From positions 124,001-188,000 of the forward strand of contig RBZT01000419.1 of NCBI GenBank assembly GCA_003693705.1: a stretch of 64,000 bases of DNA, given 5' to 3'. This DNA is from Polymyxa betae A26-41 (lineage: Eukaryota; Protista; Endomyxa: Phytomyxea). Positions 1 to 11,078 of this stretch are shown piece by piece. Numbering within the stretch: the first letter of the stretch is position 1; each line of letters begins with the position of its first letter. The translations under genes and the position numbers were made by a program. The notes below the pieces were generated by a model that saw only the letters and a list, made by a program, of their open reading frames with translations, made no database searches and was not told the DNA's origin.

Positions 1-1199
1 TTGGCTCAAAATATGATCTTGCTATACACGCGTTATCTGTTAACCAGCGATTTGGTGAGAACGATGTTCTGTATTTAAAATACGATTTTCTCGGAGAACA
101 AAAAGCGGGAAAGAATATTGCCGAAGTATGCTCTCATCAGAATTTATTCGTCTCTAATGTTTGCAAGGAGATTAAACTGCTGACTGAGGATTATGCTCTA
201 AAGATGGATTTCTTACTACACGATAAAGTTAAGTACTCATTAAACCGTCCAAAAAGAGTCCAAAGAGGTGTTTTCCGAGTGAATTGTAAATCTGATCGTT
301 TTATCAACTGCTTCTGCTAATAGACGAATCCTGGTAGGCATCGACTGTTTGGACCGAACAAATTTTGTACAGTATCGTATCGCACAAAGATGCTTCGCCT
401 CGTTTCTCCAGGCTCTTGGGTTGGGAGCCGACAACGATTGGGAGAACTCCTATCCTAAAATCAGTAATTGTCTCAAAGGTTGCATCCGATACAATTGTCT
501 TGTTCGTTCTGACTTTGTTATTCAGATCTCTTTATGCATCACGGCGATCGCATTGCCAATCAATATGCAGGTCAGATATTACCAGTTTTTTATCTTACGT
601 TCGTCTTAAAAGTGACGTTTCAGGAAGTGGCGCTATGCATAAGCATGCATTTTCATCGACCCAGACCGAGGAGTTGCAAGATCATGAAGAACAAGAACTG
701 GATGTTGATAATCGGCTCACAATGGATCAAGTCAAAGGGAAGGTTATGAGTACATTTGGGAAGTTGAAGTCAAATGCTGCTAACAACAATGCTTTAACGG
801 CTATTAAGCGTTTCTATTCAAATGCTGTAACCGGTAATTGGGTGGCAAACGCTTAGTTTGCTTTCTGATTCCATTCTAGATAGATCGAAAAATCAGGCAA
901 TCCAAGTTTTCTTAGGGCATTTCAAACCGATCAGCATCGGTCCACACATCTGGTATCCAAAAACATGTCTAGGGTATTGAAAACTGACATTGCGTTACAG
1001 GGAATTACCGGCAGAAACAATTCATCAAGAAGAATTAACTTGGAGTGATGCTGATGAAATTCCACTGATATACCCATGGGCTGATCTGAAAGCTGCAAGA
1101 AAGAGCGAATCCAATTCCGATCTGGCAATTTCTGCGAATGATCTGATCGACCTCTCGTTTATCGACAGCAGCTCAGCGCCCGTCACGTTACACAAATGA
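1..1199 (+). CDS. 3' part of a multi-exon hypothetical protein (5' end outside window)
   Basis: Open frames 365-856 and 990-1199 separated by short GT..AG intron-like segments; no recognisable family motif. Confidence 0.4.
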
Positions 1200-1263
1200 T
1201 CGTTCAATGTAAAAAGACAGACAAATAAAGACAAGACTTATGTATCGAATAGATAGTAATGTG

Positions 1264-2656
1264 CTAGTGGACGTATATTGCAGAGAGTCTATCACAGGAA
1301 GTGGTCTTCATATCATGGGCTTCCGATAAAACCGTAGACTGACTTTCACCAAGCATCTATAAGAAATGAGTTATTGCCCAGATTAATAGAAATGTAACAA
1401 AACAAACCCCTTTTGCTCTCGCTATAGCAGCATCGCGATTCTTTTTTTCAATGTCGCAGGACTTTTGTAGATTCTGTATGTGAGCCATTGTAACCAGATG
1501 TTCAATTCGTGCAAGCGCACGTTTGTCATGGCCATACCATTGAGTGAATTGTGGCCGCACGAAATAAATTAAATTATGCTCTGCCGTGCTCCTTTGGATC
1601 ACGAACGCATTGGTCTTTTCTAAAGTAAACACTTCCCCGACGCCGCTATTGATACCAGGACGCCCAGCACCTTCTAACCGTGGGCCACTCCACATAGAGA
1701 ACATCAACAGGAATAAAACTGGAAGGAATTGCATTAGCAGCTGAAACCAAGGCGCAGGTTGCCGCTGTTGTTGAGCTTGCGCATCATGCGATGTGTGATG
1801 TCGGCCCCGCCTGCGTTGAAACTGTGGCATTCGATGTCCACCAGCTGAAAAGAACATGTTTAGAATGTCTTCTGGGGTGACAACATCTTCGTCGCCAGCA
1901 CGGTTTGCATAAGAAGAGTGAGCGCTCTGAGCATTAATGACTTGAGGATCCTCGGTCCCATATCGGTCATATGCAGTTTTTCTAGATCAGGGTGAAAACG
2001 CGATTGTAGAATATGAGACAGAGCTCACCTTTGTTCGTCTGTTAAACACTCGTATGCTTGATTGATTGCCTTGAAAGCGTCGTCACTTGCCGGAGCGTGG
2101 TTCTTATCGGGATGGAATTGAAAAGCACGCTACAATAAATCTTTCATAAAAATGGCACATGGTGATGACAATAAACAAACCTTTTTATAAGCCCGCTTAA
2201 TAATTTCAACATCTTTGCATTTCGCTTCAATATTTAATCGAGCATAATAGCATTTAGTGTTTCTGACTGCAATAGCTGCCTCCTGTTGTTCTCTTTGGTA
2301 GATGTCAATATAGGATAGAGACGTTTACTATAAACTAACTTCGTATAGTTGCCTCTTACTGGCTCGTGATTTCTTACATCTTTTTTCGCAGGGGTTTGAT
2401 GTTCGGGGACAGACTCTCTTCGGGATTGCTCGTGCCCTTGGCGCTCTTCTCTTATTTTGAGAGCTACTAAAAACTATGTATTCTAAGGAAAAGGCAGCAA
2501 AACAACCTACTGACTAACCGTCCTAGCCTCATCTGTCTCATATAGACGAAGGGATTTCTCACAGAGCTGAATTGACCGCTCGAGATCGTTCCGTTTCAAG
2601 GCCTCACGGGCGTTGGCCAGACATTGAAGGCTCGCATCGCGATTGGCGATCGACAT
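1264..2656 (-). CDS. DnaJ homolog subfamily B member 12/14-like ER membrane J-protein (J domain, TM, DUF1977), multi-exon
   Basis: ATG at 2656 gives MSIANRDASLQCLANAREAL (DNAJB12-type N-terminus); RAFQFHPDKN near 2100-2130; LMQFLPVLFLL TM; DUF1977-like region (YFVRPQF...LQKSCDIE); last exon ends SCDRLSAIYVH* at 1264. Confidence 0.85.
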
Positions 2657-3232
2657 GGCAAAGCCTCAAGGTGAGCCCCGCCCAATTAAAGTAGCGGGAT
2701 TGCAATGAAATCGGTGATCTTACTACTGACTATGAGGCCGCCACGGATAACCTCAATCCAAGGATTTGTCGGGGAGATTCTGCCTACCGTCCTCTATCCG
2801 TTGGGTGGCTGGCTGCTCAGGATACCAGTGACAGATAAGCATGTCGCAAGAAATGTCAATGATAGGTACGTGTCTTTGGACAAACTCAATCATTCGCATT
2901 TACGACTCAGGATAATCGTTCAAATTTGATTATTGATTGCCGACAGGTCCATCGAAAGTAATACTGCTGATTTTGTTAACAATTTTTTTCAATGAACATG
3001 ACTCAACATTTTAAGCTAGAAAACAGAACAACCTGCTCGCAGTGCATCGAAAATTTGCAATTTTTGCAGGGATTTCACCGTATTTATACTCATCAGTCAT
3101 AACTACAATCTTTGGTTCTGCAACATGGAATAGCATAAAAACTGCAAAAGTGCAATTAAAAGGTGCGTGCTGCAACATGGTAATATAACGAGTCAGTTTA
3201 TACTGTAATTTCATTTTTTATTATTTCTGAAC

Positions 3233-3703
3233 ATGGGTCTCTCTGCCACCAGCCCGACATTGTCTCCGCAAGACGGCTGCTTCTACACACATGTTGAACA
3301 GCGTGCTTGTGAACCTGACGAGCATGGCCGAATGCGTTGTCGTCAAGTCAGGAAGATCCTGAGGAAATGCCCCGGATTCCCGATCGAGGAACTAGAAAGC
3401 GATCCGCATGTAGGAGTGCTGCGATCGTCTCCCGAAGTTCGAACGGAGCTTGACCTTTTCGATACTATGCGACAAATGATCGATATGTTTGACGATGACA
3501 GCATTTCATCACATCCATTTTATTCTGGAGAGCCAAATCAAAGAAGTCCCGAGCATCAAACGAGGTCTCCATTTGACCTATTTGGGCGCCACAGATTTAA
3601 TAACTCGCCAGGTTCCCAAGATCCAAATGTTTTTCATGAAAGGCGTCCTCCTCAACAATGGAGGACTTACAGCGAATATCAGTCACAGACTCACGAAATT
3701 TAA
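3233..3703 (+). CDS. Single-exon 156-aa protein resembling Mal d 1/Fra a 1-associated protein family
   Basis: Clean ATG-stop ORF; 4-Cys N-terminal pattern CFYTHVEQRAC...RCRQVRKILRKCPGFPIEE recalls that family (from memory of the motif, not a search). Confidence 0.55.
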   Translation: MGLSATSPTLSPQDGCFYTHVEQRACEPDEHGRMRCRQVRKILRKCPGFPIEELESDPHVGVLRSSPEVRTELDLFDTMRQMIDMFDDDSISSHPFYSGEPNQRSPEHQTRSPFDLFGRHRFNNSPGSQDPNVFHERRPPQQWRTYSEYQSQTHEI

Positions 3704-3897
3704 TTTCTAAATTTATTTTTAGCCCGTTTTCTCACATATTGATCATTTTTCATATGATGTCGACCAGCAGAGAGGATTTTCGAATGTTTCAATTTTCAGA
3801 TTTTATCCTTGCTACGAATTGGCGGGGCACATTCAACTGTACCACACGACCCTTTTGATTTAATGCTAGATTCGTCTCGCTTGACAGCTTAATCTGA

Positions 3898-5395
3898 ATG
3901 TTGCAGACCCCGGATGGCGACGGTCGCCAAAGCCATCCGGTGCCGTCTAAACGATATAAATATTTTGTTCACAAAACGAAGCATGGTTCGATGCCTGACA
4001 TATGGACGAAACCGGTTGTTCATAGAGCAGATCGGGTCTCCCTTCCCGATGATCCACAGCTGAGGCGTCTGCAAATTATAGTGCGATTTCAGAGCATCGC
4101 TCTCACTCTTCAACGGCATCATTGTCAAAACGGCAGCGATCAGCCGCCATTGCAATTAATGACCGCATTGATGCAGAAAATTCAGGTCCAACGTGATAAC
4201 ATACGACTAAATAGCTATCATTGGGCCAGGAATTTTCGCTTCGCATTGTTCAAATGCATGAACGATTCGAAATCTTCGAGACTGGCAGCTTTCCTCAACA
4301 TAATAGTTTCTGCAGCAACGTATGCTGATATGATAGTTCCATATTTTTGTAAATTTAAAGCTTTTATATTTTAGGTTGATTTCAGTATCTGTAACTTGTG
4401 CTGAAACAGCGATGAACTCAAAGGATGGACTTCTGCTCGCTGAATTAATCTGCACATTGGTGTTCACTTGTGAATTCCTAGCAAGATTTCTCGCCTGTGC
4501 AACATTCAGAGAATTCTTAACCTGGCTGACGTTTATCGATGTCATCACTATTGGGCCATCATATATCGAATTCCTTTTGCCGCTTTTGGTGAGCAAAGCG
4601 TATATTTAGTATTATCTGTTTCAGCTAAGTTGTCAATGCAGATAAAAGACAATCAGATCGTGACATCAGCAGAGTTTCGAGTATTACGTGCCGTTCGAGT
4701 CTTAAGGATTCTTAAGATCGCTCGCCATTTAAGCTGGGTCCCAATGGTAAAAGAAGTGTTCCATGAGTCCTGGTTACCATTGGCTATGATGGGCTTCATC
4801 GTTGGTATCATCCTAGTGGTACTTTCTAGCATAATGTATTTTATCGAAAAAGATACTCCTGATAGGTGATGGTGCACATTGATTTATTTACTTTGTTTTT
4901 AATGATCGCATCTAGTTTGTTCATCAGTATTCCGACATCAATGTACTGGTGTATGATAACCTTAACGACAGTTGGTTATGGAGACATTGTACCTGTAACG
5001 CTGTTAGGGAAATTTTTTGCTGCCTGCACCAGTATTATTGGTATTTTGCTGCTCGCCATTCCCATATCCATTGTCTCCGACTCATTCTCAACATTATATT
5101 CAAGAAGACAGGATTTATGCGCTTTTGTCGAGACGTAAGGAACTCCCATCTCATGTTGTCAATTTGGTTCAGTCTATTCAGATATCGGAGGAGGAACGAG
5201 TCTGTCCAAAGACACATTTCTCACGAAGATAGGCTAGAATGGGTTATCCATATCGCTCATGAGATGACATCGTTCTCTGTCATCCACAAAATGAATCAGC
5301 AGATGCAACTAGATGATGTCGACGCCGACATCAGCATCCGGAAATTCTTTGCTAAATCTTTGGCCGAGGATGGCGATTTGGTTGTTACCAGATAA
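3898..5395 (+). CDS. Voltage-gated K+ channel (Shaker/Kv-like 6TM), multi-exon; start uncertain
   Basis: S4 FRVLRAVRVLRILKIARH; pore SIPTSMYWCMITLTTVGYGDIVP; S6 GILLLAIPISIV. Confidence 0.9.
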
Positions 5396-5592
5396 GGCCA
5401 TCAGCGTAGGAGTCTTTGCTGTCAGAAATTTAACGATCTGCTGGCCAGCAATTTAGTATTGCATAGCCGTAATACATAAACAGGGTTGCGCTCCTCAGTG
5501 TAGGGACCTTAATGTTAACAAACTAAGATCATTTCGAAACTGTCTTAACAACAAACTAGTCGGCCGTTGCTGGGAAGTGCAGACGGCGGCGG

Positions 5593-8294
5593 ATGAGTGG
5601 CAATGGATCGACGTTCAAAGTAGCGCTCGAACCTTGCGATGATATCCTTATGTCAATGGATTCGCCAAATCATATGTCGGCAAAAGCCGGAGATATCGGC
5701 GCTTTCGGCGAGCCATCATCGGATGTCAAAATGTCACAGATGTCTTCTGATGATGATCGGGATCAGTGGTGGGAAGTCCACGATTGGGACGGTGGTCATG
5801 AATCTGTGAAATTGCTGAGGGGTGAAGTGGCTGTCATGCGGGTTGACAATGTCCATCTCATTCTGGATTCCTCTTTGCCATTGCTAATGGCTCCGTCTGG
5901 GACTTTTGAAATGACAACGTACCGCCTTCGCTTTCTGCCTAAAGACAAGCACTGCGAAGTTGGTAGAATTCTTTCAGATTTCCCTTATATTTTTGCTGGT
6001 TGTGACCATCAAATGAAGTGGATTATGTTGAACTTTGCCGCTTTTAGGCCAGTGGAGTTTCTGCTGCGTTATGCTCCGCTCCTCTTGCGATGGTTGAACG
6101 TATTGAAAAGATTGAAGGCAGATGGGACCGTTCAAATTCAATTGAAATTCACACGAGAGATTACAGATTCTTGAGGTATAACCTTTAAGAAGTAATTGCG
6201 TTTTAATGAAGTTTTTGTTAGGCTCGAATTTCCGCGGGGCGAATCGATGCTCGAGAGGGCATATCAGTGTCTGGTAGGATACGTTTTTCCACAAAAGATC
6301 GATTTCGTAAGCTACAGTCTGGAATGGGCGGGTGTTTTGGACTTAAAGCTAGATAGCTGTTTGGATTTTTCTATTGCAGCCGCAAAACGTCATCAATTCC
6401 GTCGCACTTGGACGGATGGGCTCTGGTTTGTTGTTATACTTGTCAGTTTGGTAAATTTAATCTTCTAGCAGTACGATGGCTTAAAGGAACTTCTTCGACT
6501 TGGGATACCATCCGAGTTACTTCGAATTACTTCTGTTAACAAACAATTCGGTTTGAACGTTTTTCTTCTGAAAGTTGTTCTTAATCTCGTTATATTCAGA
6601 AGTCTGTGATTCATATCCGAGTCTGGTTGCAGTCCCAGCTTTCGTTTCAGATTTTGATATTAAGAAAGGTGCATTTGTTTTTTATGCTTTACAAGTTCAG
6701 CTCAACAATTACATGCAGTTGCTGCTTTTCGCAAAAGGGGAAGGTTTCCTATTCTCTCTTGGAAGCATCCCACAAGTAACGCCTCAATATGGCGATGTAG
6801 GTATGAACAATACACAGTCGGTTCCTCAGTACTGCTCAACTTTTTTCAGTCAGCCTAGGGTTGGCTGGAATCAGTCACGGTCTTCGTACGATGAAGGGTA
6901 AGTGTAAGCAAAACACTTTATTAACCTTGCCCTAACTTCATGTCGAGCTAGAATGTTAAGTGCGATTTTACGAACCAATCCGGGGCAAGAAAGCCTCCCC
7001 ATTTTTGACTGCAGGCCAAAAATGAACGCTGTCGGAAATAAATTGGCTGGGGCCGGTTTCGAGTTATCAGAATTTTATCCAGATTGTATTACAATAGCGT
7101 TGTCCTATTTTTGACTCTAAAAATGGTTAGGCTCCCTTACCTTTTTGAATATACAAAACATCCACTCCGTTCGAGATAGTGCTCAGAAGCTCGCCAAACT
7201 TTGCCGTTATGAAGGAACTGCAAGCAGTATGAATACGTCTCAGTTCATGAGTCGATTGGATGCATCGGCCTGGCTATCACATCAATCAGATTTAGTTCGT
7301 GCCGTCCTAGCCGGAGTCCAATGTTTAAACGAGTATGCCTTTTCGATATTGACACCAGTTGTCTAATTGCCCGAAGCCATCAGCAAACGGTTTTGATTCA
7401 TTGCTCTGACGGTTGGGATCGGACAACACAGATAAGCTCATTGATCATGCTTTGCCTCGATCCTTTTTATCGCACCTACGAAGGGTTTATGATTTTGATC
7501 GAAAAGGAATGGCTTGCATGTGGACATAAATTCGCAGAACGGATCGGGATGGATGCAGATCACTCAAATTCGCAGCGCGCTCCTGTCTTTCTCCAATTTA
7601 TTGAGACGACTTGGTAAAATTAGAGATCAATTTGCTTCTATTATTCTGATAACCGAATAATAGGCAACTATGTGTACAATTTCCTACAGAGTTTGAATTC
7701 AACACGAAGTATCTTTTGAGCTTAATGGATCACGTATGGTCCGGGAGATTCGGAACATTTTTTTGCAATTCTATTCGAGAGAGAATACAGTGCTGTTTGC
7801 GACAGCGAACCGTTTCTCTATGGACGTATATGCGTTCTCCAGAGTCTCGAATGTTATTCACAAACCCGCTTTATGAGGGCGCCGACCATGTGATTTATCC
7901 CAGTGCCAGTACATCCAAAATAAGGCTGTGGGAAGAGTTCTGGTTACGATCTGGCTTAGTTGAATATCCTAGGCCTCTTCGGCTGGACGCATTGCCGCCA
8001 AGAGCAGCACATCCTGTTTCGACATCCACCGAGATGTTGTATCAGTCCACGATATGGAGGTTAAAACAACAAATTCAACATCTGAACCAGATTTGCAAAG
8101 ACTTGCGTTCTGATACAGAGACCGTTGTCGATGATAATGTTGAGGATATATGTGAACAAGCCGATGACAGTGGCTCTCAGCAAACGCAAACCAGACTAGA
8201 GCGAGAGATACCCCAATTGGATCGTTTTAATGCGAAAAATACCATGATAGATTTAAGACAACCTTCTATTAATGCACCCATACAAGAAATTTAA
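5593..8294 (+). CDS. Myotubularin-related phosphoinositide 3-phosphatase (catalytically intact), multi-exon
   Basis: [14 protein letters not shown] catalytic loop; [26 protein letters not shown]; APVFLQF; [10 protein letters not shown]; C-terminal coiled coil. Confidence 0.95.
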
Positions 8295-8374
8295 CTTTAT
8301 CTTTATAGTGTAACAATCAAATATACTGAGATAGCCCCTTACTTATACAGTTATAATAAACGCCTTGAATGATA

Positions 8375-10221
8375 TTAAGATGAAGGTATCGGAGCAGCAA
8401 ATTTCGCTTTGAGCTCATCAAGACCGGCAGCTGTTGATTGTGACAGCTTTTGGAATGCCAATGCCATAACCAGCAAGCCTCGTGCGCGCTGTCGCCTCAA
8501 CTCGATAGAAACGGACGAATCGGAAAAAATTTTCTCGCAAACCGCCCTCAAAGTCGCCTCAACATCCAGAACGGTAACATTCCAACTAATGAATTTAGAT
8601 AAATTATGTGCCAACAACAACGATTGCTTATGGTACATTGTCTCAAGAACGGCGTCAACATTGCCAACAGGAAATGGCACTGATTCAGTTTCTAGTTCAG
8701 GAACCTGGCCATTTGATGCTAATTCCGCTTCGATGTGCTTCCTTTTCTTCTCCTCCTTTTCCTGAGCCTTTTTGGCCGCCTAAACTAAACGTTAGCAACA
8801 GCGACCTTGAAAGGAAGAGGATAATGCCTTGTACGCTTTTGCAGCAGAGCTTAACAATCGGAATTTGGTAGCAATAACATGAGCAGACTTTTTGATCCGA
8901 TTAACACCCATCCCAGCAGAAACGTTGTGATGGAATCCCAGAAAATTCAAAGCTTGTTCTTCATAGACGTACCCTAAAACCCCTAATCTATAATAAGTTC
9001 TATAATGAATATCCTTCTAAAGAGATTACCAAGTAGAGTACCACCAAATGCAGAATTAGAAAGCTCCTTCGCCTCGACCTCAATCGCAGTTTGAAAGGCA
9101 ATATGATCATCGCTTGTATCAGAGATGAACGCTTCTAGCTTGGCAGACAAATTCAACGCGCATTGGACTTCGCGTCGAAGCTGTCGATCTTTCGATTGAG
9201 CTTGGCCAAACGCACGCTCTAGCACTTCCTCTTGCTCATCTTCGTTAGCTTCGGGGTTTACAGTGTTAAGCACATTTTGCATTTGCATCACACGCAACTC
9301 TCCAATATACTCCTCGAATCGCTGAGATCCAAATACCAGCTCGAACAGCTGAGCGCTATCAAGCAGATTCTGCTGTTCCACACCAGCTTTACCGTTGAGA
9401 TCATATGAGGCGCGAAGACTTTCATCGGAGAGAATTTGGTAGGCTGCACCTAATTTCTGAAACTTTTCAGAGGCTTTCTCGTCATCGGGATTCTTATCAG
9501 GGTGCAACTGAATAGCCTTCAAACGGTAGGCTTTCTTTATGTCTTGCTGAGATGCATTCGGAGGTACACTCAGTTCATCATACAGTGAAGTATCAACAAC
9601 AGTTCGAGATGTGGTAACATCAGGGTTGTGGTTCTGCAGAACCCGGGCAGCTTCTTCAGGTAGACTATAATAATACCATTCTCGTGATTCAGGATTCCAA
9701 ACTTGATCACGCATGCCGCTTTTTATGGCGTTTGGTGTTTCATAAATCCCCCTTCCAACTTGGAACACACCGGTTGCTGCACCAGCTACAGTCAGAGCGA
9801 CACCGCTTACAGCACCAGCCAACAAGCCTATAATAATGTTGGAATAATCGGTTTAGACCGGATAGAAAGTGTTCACCTTTGGAAAACCCCTTAACACCAT
9901 CCTCTTTAGCACCTTGGATGGGCAAAGCAACCATTGCAGCGAGACCTCCGGCTAAACCCTGATACAGCAGCATTACAAATGATATCAGTCTCGAATCTGA
10001 TAAACAGGTACCCGCCCAATGTTTTTCAGTCCGCTTGATAAACCAGCAATAGCATGCTTGGGTCGCCTGACCGAGAACAAATCGAATTTCTCTGCTGGCT
10101 CACCCTGCTGATTGCCAGAGCCAGTAGTGGGGACTAAGCTATTGGCTTGGGACGGTTCCGGATGGCAATCAAGCTGAACGGCGGGCCCTGACGCCGGCGA
10201 TGGATGCGAAGGGGCCGCCAT
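8375..10221 (-). CDS. J-domain protein with DnaJ-X domain and N-terminal Gly-rich amphipathic region, multi-exon
   Basis: IKKAYRLKAIQLHPDKNPDD J domain; LFELVFGSQRFEEYIGEL; C-terminal LDVEATLRAVCEKIFSD..RRQRARGL typical of DnaJ-X. Confidence 0.9.
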
Positions 10222-11078
10222 GTGAGATTTCTGGGAACGCTTTTTTAATGAAAAGAAGCGCAGTGAAGGACGGGACATGTAACAGATAGATAAATATGAT
10301 GGATAGATTGCAGGTCAGCGAGTAATTTCTGGCCTTTCTAATCAATTATTTCTGATTGTGATTCAATAAATAACGGCCAGATTAGAACTTGAAGATTAGT
10401 TTATGAAATGATGGGTCTGACTCTGTCGGGTCTAACTAACAACCACGGTCCCTTGGTCGGGCTCTTTCTCCGCACTTCTTTTTCAAACAATCTTGCTTCA
10501 AGACAGCTATTTAGTTCTTATATTGATTATTTGCAATGTCAAGATCGTATTGAGATGCGCGTCTGTTGGTGAATCATGCTCGTATTGAGATGTGTTCTTT
10601 TTGGCGAATCATGCTGCCAAGGTCTCATGTAAAATATGAATTGTCACTTTACGCTATTATGCTAAAGTTATTCATTAATAATGATTCATGGAGTTAGTCG
10701 TGATATCCGTTTCTGTCAACGTCAATAAAATGTGACTTCATCTTCTTCTTTCTCGTTGTACAAAGTGATAAACACTGACCTTGCCTTACGAATCGAAGAT
10801 CAGGTAATTGATGAGTTCGGTTTAGATTGTCTACATTCTTCGTTCTTAGTAGCGGTTTGACTCTGTCTCTCAGCAAGGATGGCCTTGCGGGCGAATAGCT
10901 AGACATTCCCCAAAATTGATGGTTGGATCAGGAATGGTACCTGTTAGTGAACTATTACGTTGTAATACTTACCATATTGACAGAACGATTGTCCATCTGT
11001 AAGCTCATTCTTTACATGCAATTCACATAGAAGTAACAACTACTGACCATATTTGAAACCATACCCATTCTGCGACAA

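Noticed and set aside
2705-3214. ORFs 2705-2929 (+) and 3011-3214 (-)
   Set aside because: Short and motif-less, in a divergent promoter region
8970-8986. accctaaaaccccta telomere-like motif
   Set aside because: On the minus strand it is the splice acceptor plus coding sequence (G-V-L-G-Y) of the DnaJ-X gene
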